Positions 1 through 8,980 of a DNA stretch of 64,000 bases are shown here, piece after piece. The notes beneath the pieces are model-generated. The model was not told the DNA's origin and did no database searches. It saw only the letters and a list, made by a program, of their open reading frames with translations. How positions within the stretch are numbered: position 1 is the stretch's first letter; each line of letters opens with the position of its first letter. The stretch is from Erysipelotrichales bacterium. Lineage in GTDB: Bacteria; Bacillota_I; Bacilli_A; RFN20; CAG-826. A program made the position numbers and the translations under genes. The stretch spans positions 26,025-90,024 of the forward strand of contig JAFLVA010000004.1 of the NCBI GenBank assembly GCA_022508525.1, written 5' to 3'.

Positions 1-206
1 TTAGATATAACAATAAGTTCTATCCCAACTTCTTCTAATTTTCTTTTTAAGTCAAAAACACGTAAAGAGGGATTCATTGCTTTATAACTATCTAGCGTGT
101 TATCTAAGTCTGCAAGAATTGTTTTTATGTTTATTTTTTTTAAAAAGGTAATATCGACATCAAAGATACTTGTCGCATGGCAATAAGGTACAAAGTTAAT
201 AGCCAT
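1..206 (-). CDS. yqeG: YqeG-family HAD-IIIA phosphatase, partial (C-terminus lies beyond window start)
   Basis: Minus-strand translation MAINFVPYCHATSIFDVDITFLKKINIKTILADLDNTLDSYKAMNPSLRVFDLKRKLEEVGIELIVISN has the HAD DxDxT motif (LADLDNTL). GGTGA RBS upstream of ATG at 206. Runs off window edge. Confidence 0.55.
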   Translation of the reverse strand, partial: MAINFVPYCHATSIFDVDITFLKKINIKTILADLDNTLDSYKAMNPSLRVFDLKRKLEEVGIELIVIS

Positions 207-372
207 ATTATCACCTTCTTATTTTTTTATTTTAGTTTATTTAAACTAATAATAAAAGACCATTGTATAAAATTTTTCTTATTTTAATCAATTACACTAC
301 TAATTATGCGAATTTTTACCCATCACATGGCATAATTCGACATTTTTCTAAATAAAATGTATGGGTGAAAAT

Positions 373-1065
373 ATGAATTTTCTTTTTAATTTATTATTTG
401 ATTTAAAGTTTTTCGTTGGTTTCATTAATAATGGTGTTTTTAAGAGCAAATTATCTGATGAGGAAGAGGAGCTTTGGATTCAAAGATTATTTAACAAAGA
501 TACACATGAAGAAGCACGAGTTGTTTTAATTGAACATAATCTAAGGCTCGTTGCACACATCACAAAAAAATACGACAATGTTGATGAGTCAAGTGATGAT
601 TTAATTTCTATTGGTACAATCGGTTTAATCAAGGCAATCGACACTTATTCTCCAGATAAGAAAGTAAAGCTTGCTACTTATGCTGCAAGATGTATTGAAA
701 ACGAAGTTTTAATGTGTATCAGAGCAAATAAAAAATATTCTCGGGATGTCTCTATTTATGAACCGATAGGAACAGATAAAGACGGAACAGAAATAACGAT
801 GATTGAGACTTTAGGAGATGAAAATTATTCTATTCCTGAAGACTTGGATAAAGCCCATAATATCGAATGTTTAAAGGAATATTTAAAAGTATTAGATGAA
901 CGAGAATTAATGATAATAACTCTGCGTTATGGGTTAGAAGGAAACAAAGAATTAACACAAAGAGAAATTGCCAAGCAATATAAAATATCACGTTCCTACG
1001 TTTCGCGTATTGAAAAACGTGCATTAACAAAATTACTAACCGAATTTAAATTAAGGCACAAATAA
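373..1065 (+). CDS. sigK: Sporulation-type sigma-70 family factor with N-terminal pro-sequence (SigK-like)
   Basis: Region 2.2-2.4 motifs LISIGTIGLIKAIDTY and KLATYAARCIENEVLMCIRA, region 4 ISRSYVSRIEKRAL; hydrophobic about 25-aa leader resembles pro-sigma-K. GGGTGA RBS 5 nt before ATG at 373 (track start 361). No adjacent spoIIGA, which argues against sigE. Confidence 0.6.
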   Translation: MNFLFNLLFDLKFFVGFINNGVFKSKLSDEEEELWIQRLFNKDTHEEARVVLIEHNLRLVAHITKKYDNVDESSDDLISIGTIGLIKAIDTYSPDKKVKLATYAARCIENEVLMCIRANKKYSRDVSIYEPIGTDKDGTEITMIETLGDENYSIPEDLDKAHNIECLKEYLKVLDERELMIITLRYGLEGNKELTQREIAKQYKISRSYVSRIEKRALTKLLTEFKLRHK

Positions 1066-1088
1066 AAAGGGGGATGTAATCCCCTTTT
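1065..1088. terminator. Bidirectional rho-independent terminator between sigK-like and parC
   Basis: Stem GGGGAT/ATCCCC (1070-1075/1079-1084), 3-nt loop, A-run upstream and T-run downstream. Confidence 0.55.
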
Positions 1089-3675
1089 AATCTCCTAAAT
1101 CATCAAAAATTGAGATTTGTTCATATCCTTTTTCTTCTTGTTCTTCTTCAACTTTTGATATTTTCATTTTTGGTAATTTGTCATCACCTTTTAAAGTCTT
1201 GAAATCACCATCGACAAGTTCAATTTCTTCTTCATAAGCTGAGACAATTGTGCGACGACCTTTTAAGCTATCAAGATTTTTCTTTGCATACTTGTCAGCT
1301 GGTGTTGGTCTAAAGTCATCGATTTCAATATTTAATAAATCTTTATCGTCAAGCATTAATAATACGTTTTCCTTTTCCGCATTACGCTTAATCTTACGCA
1401 TGAAGACTAAATTATGTGGATCTGATTTAAATGTCTTGAAAGCATATTGTTGTCTACCTAAACGCGGAGTAAGCGTTAGATAGCTTGATTCACATATACG
1501 TTCGCATCCATTATCAGTAATCATAATGAATTTTGCTCTTTCATCTGGAAGTAATGTAAACATACGAACCACTTCATTATCAGATTTAATTGCCATTGCT
1601 TTAACACCACTTGTTCTAATACCTGTGGCTAAGAACTCATTTTCATTAAAGAATGTAGCTAAGCCGTTTTTCGTGAATATTGCAATATTTGAGTTGCCAG
1701 ATAACACGACTGCATCTACAACTTCATCACCACTTAAAAGACGCATACAACCAAGTGGCCTTACATATCGAGTAGTGAAGAACTCATTTAAGAGAGTCTT
1801 TTTAATTTGTCCTTTTTTAGTAATCAAGCAGATTGATAAATCATCTCTAAACTCACTCACTGCTATTACTCGGATGATTTTTTCATCCGAACCAAGATTT
1901 ACAACATACGAAATATGTTTTCCTTCGTCTTTCCATTTACCTTCTTGAAGCTCATGTACTGGAACGAAACAATAATTACCTTTATTTGTGAAGGCTAAGA
2001 CGTAATCCATTGTATTAAGGATTCTACTTCCAATCATAATGTCCCCTGTTTTAATACCAGGAAGCGCTCCATCACTAGATTTTTGTGATTTTAATGTTGA
2101 ACGTTTAGCATATCCATCACGAGTAATAGCAACGTAAACATCTTCTTTAGCGATTAAGTCACGCTTATCTATTATTACAGTTTCGCCTTTTTCTTCAATA
2201 ACTGTTCTTCTAACATCGCCATACTTATCAGCAATTGCTTTTAAGTCTTTAATGATAACTTTATGAAGTTTCTTTTCATCGTTAAGAATTTCATTTAATT
2301 CATGAATTGAAGCCTCTAAAGCTGCTTTTTCATTCATGAATGTCGTTATATCAGTATTAGATAATTTGTATAATTGTAAGTTAACAATTGCTTCAGCTTG
2401 AGCCTCGGAGAACGCAAATGCTTCAATTAAGTTTTTCTTAGAATCCGCCTTGTCTTTTGATCTACGAATAATACGAACTACTTCATCTACTACTGATACA
2501 GCCTTAATTAAGCCTTCTAAAATATGAAGACGTTGAGATTGTTTATTTAAATCAAATCTTGACTTACGAGTGACAACATCAACTTGGTGATTAACGTAAG
2601 CCTGAATAAATGATTTTAAGTCTAATGTTTTTGGACGATCATTAACGATCGCAACCATATTTGCAGTGTACGATGATTTAAGTTTTGTCTTAGACATTAA
2701 GTAATTTAAGACAACATCAGTCTTAGCATCTTTTCTTAAGTCAATAGCGATTCTTAAGCCTGTTCTATCAGATTCATCACGAACCTCTAACATTCCATCA
2801 ACTGCACGGTCATGACATATTTTGTCTATTTCATAGACAATTTCACTCTTTAATGTGCCATATGGAATCTCACTAACGATAATTTGATTAATATTTTTAC
2901 CTTCTACTACTTCGGTTTTGGAAACTACTTCGATTCTTCCTCTACCAGTTGTATAGATTGATTTTAAGCCTTCTCCATCATAAATAATACCACCTGTTGG
3001 GAAGTCTGGACCTTTAACAAATTCCATTAATTCTTCGTTAGTAGCATTCTTATGTCCTAAAGCATAAATTGTTGCATCAATTACTTCACGCAAATTATGA
3101 GGTGGAATATCGGTTGCAACTGCAACAGCAATACCTTCACTACCATTAACAAGTAAATTAGGAAAACGTGACGGTAAGACCACAGGCTCTAACATCGTAT
3201 CATCGAATGTTAGTTGCATATCAACAGTCTCTTTATTTAAATCACGAATCATTTCTTCTGCCGCTTCAGAAAGTCTTGCTTCAGTATAACGATAAGCAGC
3301 AGGTCCATCTCCATCGATTGAGCCATTGTTACCTTGGAAATCAATTAAAGGTAGACGCACTTTCCAATCTTGCGACATACGGGCAAGAGCGTTATAAATT
3401 GAAGTATCACCATGAGGGTGGAATTTACCCATAACCGCACCGACAGTATGTGCACATTTTCTTGTTGGCTTACTTGAAACATTGCCATCAAGGTACATTG
3501 CATAGATTATGCGACGTTGAACCGGCTTTAATCCATCTCTAACATCAGGAATTGCACGGTCTTGAATGACGTACTTTGCGTAAGTAGCAAAGCGGTCACC
3601 CATAATGTATTCAAGAGGTGAGGTTTGAATGTTTTCGTTAATTACTTCTTCTTCAACTACTTTTTTCTTAGCCAT
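1087..3675 (-). CDS. parC: DNA topoisomerase IV subunit A (type IIA topoisomerase A subunit)
   Basis: N-terminal GDRFATYAKYVIQDRAIPDVRDGLKPVQRRI and catalytic region typical of GyrA/ParC. No GyrA-box (QRRGGKG) seen. Adjacent to plsY as in B. subtilis plsY-parE-parC. Confidence 0.7.
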   Translation of the reverse strand: MAKKKVVEEEVINENIQTSPLEYIMGDRFATYAKYVIQDRAIPDVRDGLKPVQRRIIYAMYLDGNVSSKPTRKCAHTVGAVMGKFHPHGDTSIYNALARMSQDWKVRLPLIDFQGNNGSIDGDGPAAYRYTEARLSEAAEEMIRDLNKETVDMQLTFDDTMLEPVVLPSRFPNLLVNGSEGIAVAVATDIPPHNLREVIDATIYALGHKNATNEELMEFVKGPDFPTGGIIYDGEGLKSIYTTGRGRIEVVSKTEVVEGKNINQIIVSEIPYGTLKSEIVYEIDKICHDRAVDGMLEVRDESDRTGLRIAIDLRKDAKTDVVLNYLMSKTKLKSSYTANMVAIVNDRPKTLDLKSFIQAYVNHQVDVVTRKSRFDLNKQSQRLHILEGLIKAVSVVDEVVRIIRRSKDKADSKKNLIEAFAFSEAQAEAIVNLQLYKLSNTDITTFMNEKAALEASIHELNEILNDEKKLHKVIIKDLKAIADKYGDVRRTVIEEKGETVIIDKRDLIAKEDVYVAITRDGYAKRSTLKSQKSSDGALPGIKTGDIMIGSRILNTMDYVLAFTNKGNYCFVPVHELQEGKWKDEGKHISYVVNLGSDEKIIRVIAVSEFRDDLSICLITKKGQIKKTLLNEFFTTRYVRPLGCMRLLSGDEVVDAVVLSGNSNIAIFTKNGLATFFNENEFLATGIRTSGVKAMAIKSDNEVVRMFTLLPDERAKFIMITDNGCERICESSYLTLTPRLGRQQYAFKTFKSDPHNLVFMRKIKRNAEKENVLLMLDDKDLLNIEIDDFRPTPADKYAKKNLDSLKGRRTIVSAYEEEIELVDGDFKTLKGDDKLPKMKISKVEEEQEEKGYEQISIFDDLGD

Positions 3676-5621
3676 TAACGTTTAACCTCCTTCATGAAAT
3701 CATCTCTGGTATTGAAGTCAACATTTTCTTCAACCCATTTTTTACGTAATGAAGTATCATTACCCATTAAAACACCAACACGATATTCAACAAGTAATGG
3801 ATCTTCAATATTAACTTGGATAAGTAAACGAGTCTTAGGATTCATTGTGGTATCCCAAAGTTGCTCTGCGGACATTTCACCAAGTCCTTTGTATCGTGAA
3901 ATTAAATATCCTGGACCAACTTTTGCTTTTGCTTTTTCTAATCCTTCATCATCCCAAGCATATTCAAATATCTCTTTTTTATCTTTGTATTTGTAAACAC
4001 GATATAAAGGTGGAACAGCAATATAAACTTTACCTGAGGTAATTAGTCCACGCATATAGTGATAGAAAAATGTTAAAAGAAGGGTTTGAATGTGCGCACC
4101 ATCAGTATCAGCATCGGTCATGATAATGATTTTGCCATATCTTGCATCTTCTGGATCAAAGTTAGCACCATATCCTGCACCAATGGTATTAATTAAAGTT
4201 GCAAATTCTTCATTTTTTAGCATTCTATCTAATGTTACATTATCAGTATTAAGTGGTTTACCACGAAGTGGTAAGATACCTTGATATATTCTGTCTCTTC
4301 CTGTTCTTGCAGTACCACCAGCAGAATCACCCTCAACAATGAATAATTCATTTTTTGCAAAATCTTTTGATTGAGGTGGAGTTAATTTACCTGATAAAAT
4401 AACTTCATTTTTAATTTTCTTATTTGTATTACGAGCATCTTCTTTTGCTTTACGCGCAGCAACACGAGCAGCTTGAGCATCTACACATTTTTTGATAAGT
4501 TTAAGTGCAAATTCTTTATTCTCGTTTAGATAATAAGTAAATTGTGTATACATAAAATTGTTAACAAGTGGTGTCGCTTCTGGAGTTCCTAATTTACCTT
4601 TAGTTTGTCCTTCAAACTCTAAAGCATCTTCAGGTATCTTTAAAGCAATAATTGCAGTTAATCCTTCACGGATGTCACTACCTTCTAACTTAACACCTTT
4701 TTTTAACAAATTATTAGTCGTAGCAAAATCATTGACGGCGCGTGTAATACCCATTCTAAAACCAGTTTCATGAGTTCCGCCATCACGAGTACGAACATTA
4801 TTAACATATGAATATATTGTTTCACCATAATCTTCTAAACAATATTGAAATGCTAAATCAATTTTAATATGAGAAACAGGATCTTCAAAATAAATAACCG
4901 GACTTAAGCCCTTCTTGTTAGCATTTAAAGTAGAAACATATTCTTGAAGACCATTTTCATAGTGGAACTCAACAGATTCTCCTGTTCTTTCGTCCTTTAA
5001 ATAGTAATGCATCCCTTTAAGTAAAAATGCTGATTCTTGAAGACGATTATAAATTGTATCCCATTTAAATTCTACAGTTGAGAATACATTAGCATCTGGT
5101 TTAAATCTTACGTAAGTCCCATGACGATTAGTTTTTCCTGTAACCGTTAATGGTTCAACGATTTTACCGCCGTTTGCAAATTTGATGTGATGACTTTCTC
5201 CATCACGATAAACAATACATTCAAGCCATTCACTTAATGCGTTAGTGACAGAAGCACCAACACCATGTAATCCAGCACTTGTGGTATATGCCTTATCAGA
5301 AAATTTACCACCAGCATGCAATTCTGTAAAAACTAGTTCTACTGCTGATTTTCCTGTAGCACTATTAATTCCAGTTGGAATACCACGTCCTTCGTCTTGA
5401 ACGCTTAAAGAACCATCTTTGTGGATGGTAACACTTATGCTCTTTCCAAATCCGGATAGAGCTTCATCAACGGCATTATCTACTATTTCCCAAACTAGAT
5501 GGTGAAGTCCCATAGAATTGGTTGAACCAATATACATGGCAGGTCTCTTTTTGACACCCTCTAGTCCTTTTAGTAACACTATGTCATTTTCATCATAAAT
5601 ATGATTACTTTTTGCTGGCAT
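3675..5621 (-). CDS. parE: DNA topoisomerase IV subunit B (ATPase subunit)
   Basis: GHKL ATPase and TOPRIM motifs (LHHLVWEIVDNAVDE, GLHGVGASV, EGDSAGG, PLRGK). 1-nt overlap with parC. AGGAG RBS. Divergent from plsY. Confidence 0.7.
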   Translation of the reverse strand: MPAKSNHIYDENDIVLLKGLEGVKKRPAMYIGSTNSMGLHHLVWEIVDNAVDEALSGFGKSISVTIHKDGSLSVQDEGRGIPTGINSATGKSAVELVFTELHAGGKFSDKAYTTSAGLHGVGASVTNALSEWLECIVYRDGESHHIKFANGGKIVEPLTVTGKTNRHGTYVRFKPDANVFSTVEFKWDTIYNRLQESAFLLKGMHYYLKDERTGESVEFHYENGLQEYVSTLNANKKGLSPVIYFEDPVSHIKIDLAFQYCLEDYGETIYSYVNNVRTRDGGTHETGFRMGITRAVNDFATTNNLLKKGVKLEGSDIREGLTAIIALKIPEDALEFEGQTKGKLGTPEATPLVNNFMYTQFTYYLNENKEFALKLIKKCVDAQAARVAARKAKEDARNTNKKIKNEVILSGKLTPPQSKDFAKNELFIVEGDSAGGTARTGRDRIYQGILPLRGKPLNTDNVTLDRMLKNEEFATLINTIGAGYGANFDPEDARYGKIIIMTDADTDGAHIQTLLLTFFYHYMRGLITSGKVYIAVPPLYRVYKYKDKKEIFEYAWDDEGLEKAKAKVGPGYLISRYKGLGEMSAEQLWDTTMNPKTRLLIQVNIEDPLLVEYRVGVLMGNDTSLRKKWVEENVDFNTRDDFMKEVKR

Positions 5622-5730
5622 AATATCAACTCCTTATAAAAAATCTTATCAACTTTAATATTATAGCAAAGAATTTATTGCATTTGTAATATTTTATTAA
5701 TAAAATAAAACAAGTCAGGAGCTGATAAAT

Positions 5731-6414
5731 TTGGCAACGTTTAAAATTGTCATGATATACATTGCAACAATATTGATTTGCTATTTAATTGGTGCAATAC
5801 CTAACGGCTTAATATTAGGTAAAGTTTTTAAGCATGTTGATATAAGGGAGCAAGGTTCACATAGCACTGGTGGCACAAACGCTGGAAGAATTTTAGGGGC
5901 TAAATTTGGTGTCATAACTATTGTGCTTGATGCTCTTAAAATCGTAATCCCATTTTGGTTAATGAAATTAATTTTAGGAAACATCAATGGATTTGAAAAT
6001 CACGCAACTAATTTGCAATATATTGCCCTTATGATCGCGTGTTTGGCTCATTGTTATTCTGTCTATATTGGCTTTAAAGGTGGAAAAGCTGTAGCAACAT
6101 TCTTAGGTTGTTTATTTGCAACAAATTATATATTGCTCATTGCCTTTGTTGTTATATTCGCTATCGTCTTATTAATTTCTAAATATGTTTCTCTTAGCTC
6201 CATGATTAGTTCACTATGTACAGCACTTCTTGCCTTCATATTATTCATGACAAGTTCTACTCATAGCATATTCGGAACGTGGCCTGGTTTAGAATCATCA
6301 ATCCTTCTAGTAATCGCTATTACATTTAATTCTTTACTTCTTATTGTGCGTCATAAAGAAAATATTAAAAGATTGATCAATAAAACCGAATCGAAAGTAA
6401 AATGGTTAAAATAG
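5731..6414 (+). CDS. plsY: Glycerol-3-phosphate acyltransferase PlsY
   Basis: Multi-TM protein with PlsY motifs IGAIPNGLILGK and GSHSTGGTNAGR. TTG start preceded by AGGAG. Confidence 0.85.
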   Translation: MATFKIVMIYIATILICYLIGAIPNGLILGKVFKHVDIREQGSHSTGGTNAGRILGAKFGVITIVLDALKIVIPFWLMKLILGNINGFENHATNLQYIALMIACLAHCYSVYIGFKGGKAVATFLGCLFATNYILLIAFVVIFAIVLLISKYVSLSSMISSLCTALLAFILFMTSSTHSIFGTWPGLESSILLVIAITFNSLLLIVRHKENIKRLINKTESKVKWLK

Positions 6415-6415
6415 T

Positions 6416-6450
6416 AGAAAATTAGTAAAAATTTAGTAGATATTTAGTTT
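6416..6450. repeat. 11-bp phased tandem repeat (about 3.3 copies of AAATTTAGTA-like unit)
   Basis: TAGTA/TAGTT recur at 6413, 6424, 6435 and 6446 with exact 11-nt spacing, between plsY stop and its terminator. Confidence 0.3.
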
Positions 6451-6473
6451 TTAACTTAATTTTTATAAAAAAT

Positions 6474-6500
6474 GACAACTACGGTTGTTGTTTTTATTTA
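6474..6500 (+). terminator. Putative plsY terminator
   Basis: Stem GACAAC/GTTGTT (6475-6480/6485-6490), loop TACG, followed by TTTTTATTT. AT-rich stem, weak. Confidence 0.35.
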
Positions 6501-6548
6501 CTCTACTTCTAGCAACATTGCAAACTGCATATTTTCTAAAGTTTCTAA

Positions 6549-6580
6549 TAAAAATAAAAAGATTTGGCTTTCACCAAATC
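6549..6580 (-). terminator. Rho-independent terminator of yneF
   Basis: Stem GATTTGG/CCAAATC (6561-6567/6574-6580). Plus-strand A-run 6551-6560 gives a minus-strand T-run after the stem. Confidence 0.5.
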
Positions 6581-6584
6581 TAGT

Positions 6585-6815
6585 TTATTTGTTTTTCTCC
6601 ATTTGACGCATAACTTCACGAATTTGTTTTTCCGACGGTTTACGTCCCATTTGCATAAACATCGCACGAATCATATTTTCATTGATTGGTGGATTCTTTG
6701 CTAATTCTTTCTTTAATAAATGACGTGCGAGAAAGAAACCACCTATTCCACCACCGATTAGACCACCAACTAGATAAAGGATTGAAGTCCAGTCAAAACC
6801 TGCTAAGATAATCAT
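6585..6815 (-). CDS. yneF: UPF0154 family small membrane protein (YneF-like)
   Basis: N-terminal TM with GGLIGGGIGGFFLAR then basic/helical tail KPSEKQIREVMRQM, matching the YneF pattern. GAGGTGA RBS 5 nt before ATG at 6815 (track start 6824 is a GTG inside the RBS). Confidence 0.6.
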   Translation of the reverse strand: MIILAGFDWTSILYLVGGLIGGGIGGFFLARHLLKKELAKNPPINENMIRAMFMQMGRKPSEKQIREVMRQMEKNK

Positions 6816-6869
6816 TATTTTCACCTCATCTAGTATTGTACCTTAATTAAATAGTTAATACAAATAAAA

Positions 6870-7358
6870 TTATCTAAAGTGTACGTATACTTGACGGAAC
6901 ATTCCATCGATGAAAAATGAATCAATGCAATCAATTATCATCATTGCTTCTGCTTTAGTTTTTGTTTCACTTAAAGCAAGAACATCAATTGACTTATCTT
7001 TGATCTCTACGAAAGCAGAAACAAATCCTCTTTCTTTAACGGATGTACGCATGTCTTCTTCTACATTAATGATATTTTCTAAATATTCAATTCTTTCTGC
7101 CGCTAGTGCTTTTTCAGTTGCTGAATACTCCGAACTTGCCATTATATCGAGTTGGAATTCAATATCCTCTTGTAAAGATGTTTTTCTTTCTAAAATTATG
7201 CCCTCGATATAAGGATCATCAGCGTTTGTAATTACATTAGTAACTGGCGAAGAACTTCCGCCTGGACTAGTCACACCACTTGGTAACATGACATAATAGA
7301 CTGATAAAACCATCACTAAAGAAAATAAAGACAAGAACGTTACTACGCGTTTGTTCAT
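6870..7358 (-). CDS. spoIIIAH: SpoIIIAH-like sporulation protein
   Basis: N-terminal anchor LSLVMVLSVYYVMLP closely resembles B. subtilis SpoIIIAH (LSLVVVLSVYYIMSP). Internal ASSEYSATEKALA matches SpoIIIAH ASSSVSATEKEKA. AGGAGG RBS. Confidence 0.55.
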   Translation of the reverse strand: MNKRVVTFLSLFSLVMVLSVYYVMLPSGVTSPGGSSSPVTNVITNADDPYIEGIILERKTSLQEDIEFQLDIMASSEYSATEKALAAERIEYLENIINVEEDMRTSVKERGFVSAFVEIKDKSIDVLALSETKTKAEAMMIIDCIDSFFIDGMFRQVYVHFR

Positions 7359-7583
7359 ACTCTTTCCTCCTACTCATTAGATTTTACGCAAGCAAAATAT
7401 AAAAAAGAACAATAATATTATTAAACAGCTTAACTGTCGAAAAGTGGAGAATTGTACCAAGATAAAAATTTAAATTTATCACGCAAGTTTTTAAATAAAA
7501 ATAATTTCTTTGTCGCATTTTATCTCGTTTTTTATCTAATTAAATGTAAAACATTATAATTTATTATAAAAAGGAGAAAGTGT

Positions 7584-8939
7584 ATGAAAAAAATTAGTAA
7601 AGCATGTTGTCTATTTACCTGTTTGTGTTTAGTCTCATGTGGCGATATAACTTTCAATTTCAACCAACCTAATGATGTCACAAATTTGTTAAGAAATGCA
7701 AAAGAACCGTTAAAAATAAACTATGATCCTACAAGAAACAGCGAATTCATGGGGTTTTTAGATAAATTCACAGATTTCTCTTTAAGATTCAATGACTCAT
7801 ATTTAAATCGCTATGATGATAGGTCTAATAATGTCGCTATTTCACCTCTTTCACTATTTTTCGCACTCGCAATGACAAGTGAATGTAGTGCTAATAATAG
7901 TCAAACTGAGATTTTAAATGCCTTAAATATGACGACTTCTGATTTAAGAGAAAACCTTCCAATTTTATACGGTTTAGAAAATTCTACTATTTATTCTTAT
8001 GATGATGAAAAACATGAAGACGTTCCTCAATCAATAAAAGATCTTAATAATTCTATTTGGTTTAGCAAAGAAGTAAATAAATCTCAAAGCACTTTAGATG
8101 ATTTGGCAAACTATTACTTTGTTGATAGTTACGAAACAGATTTTCTTAACAACAATAAAAAAGCCAATGATGATTTTAAAAAGTATGTTAAAGATAAAAC
8201 ACGTGGATTAATCAATCCAAGTTTTGATCTAGATAATAACACATTACTTGTTCTTCTAAATACTTTTTACTTAAAAGATTTATGGAATCAAATGGGTAAT
8301 GACTTACCTCTAACTGATAAATGTTACGCCTTTAATTCACGTGTTCAAGATTGTAGTGTTCCTCTAGTACAATTAATGGAAGGAAAATTTATTGGAGGTC
8401 GTGCATTAAACACAGATACATATTCGTCATTTTTTACTAGGACATTAAGTGGATTAAGAATTCATTTCTTAATGCCAAATAACAACTATGATTTAGAGGA
8501 TGTCTTTACGAGAAAAAATATTAACGATATCCTTAATCTTAAAAATTACGAGTATAGTAATGATGAACTAAAGGAAGAATACTATACGGAAACGTATTTC
8601 CCAAGTTTTGAAGCATCTTGTGATCTTGATATATCTCCTCTTTTAAAAGAAGATTTTGCAATTAATGATATATTCAATTCCACTAAAGCAGATTTTACTA
8701 ATATCAGCACTGATGAAATGTGTGTATCGCAAGTTATGCATCAAGCAAGACTTAAAGTTGAACGTAAAGGAATTGAAGGAGCAGCAATTACGGCTGTAAT
8801 TAATTCAGGAAGTTCCGCTCCAGTAGAACAATACAAAAAAGTTTATGAAACATTTATTGTCGATAAAGCTTTTGGCTACGTCATCACTGATAGATATGGT
8901 GTTACATTATTTTCTGGCGTAGTAAATGATATTATTTAA
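7584..8939 (+). CDS. Serpin-family serine protease inhibitor, lipoprotein (paralog 1)
   Basis: Lipobox LVSCG. Serpin motifs ISPLSLFFALAMTSECSANNSQTEIL, LLNTFYLKDLWN, hinge ERKGIEGAAITAV and C-terminal FIVDKAFGYVITDRYGVTLFSGVV. AGGAG RBS. Confidence 0.85.
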   Translation: MKKISKACCLFTCLCLVSCGDITFNFNQPNDVTNLLRNAKEPLKINYDPTRNSEFMGFLDKFTDFSLRFNDSYLNRYDDRSNNVAISPLSLFFALAMTSECSANNSQTEILNALNMTTSDLRENLPILYGLENSTIYSYDDEKHEDVPQSIKDLNNSIWFSKEVNKSQSTLDDLANYYFVDSYETDFLNNNKKANDDFKKYVKDKTRGLINPSFDLDNNTLLVLLNTFYLKDLWNQMGNDLPLTDKCYAFNSRVQDCSVPLVQLMEGKFIGGRALNTDTYSSFFTRTLSGLRIHFLMPNNNYDLEDVFTRKNINDILNLKNYEYSNDELKEEYYTETYFPSFEASCDLDISPLLKEDFAINDIFNSTKADFTNISTDEMCVSQVMHQARLKVERKGIEGAAITAVINSGSSAPVEQYKKVYETFIVDKAFGYVITDRYGVTLFSGVVNDII

Positions 8940-8980
8940 TAATCAAATGTATTAAAATAATCTTATTAAATGGTGATATT

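Noticed and set aside
830-1030. Short antisense or internal ORFs from the track (830-1030, 1250-1483, 1526-1948, 3168-3434, 3694-4773 set, 5781-5987, 6910-7212, 15412-15606, 18884-19141, 20047-20307, 39468-39729, 51130-51315, 57351-57731, 59761-60258, 61697-62014, 63156-63455 and similar).
   Set aside because: All lie inside and antisense to, or out of frame with, well-supported conserved genes; low-complexity translations; no RBS.
1087-5621. Alternative call of the type II topoisomerase pair as gyrB-gyrA.
   Set aside because: No GyrA-box (QRRGGKG-like) seen in the A subunit C-terminal domain, no dnaA/dnaN/recF context, and plsY lies immediately upstream as in the Bacillus plsY-parE-parC arrangement; parE-parC preferred.
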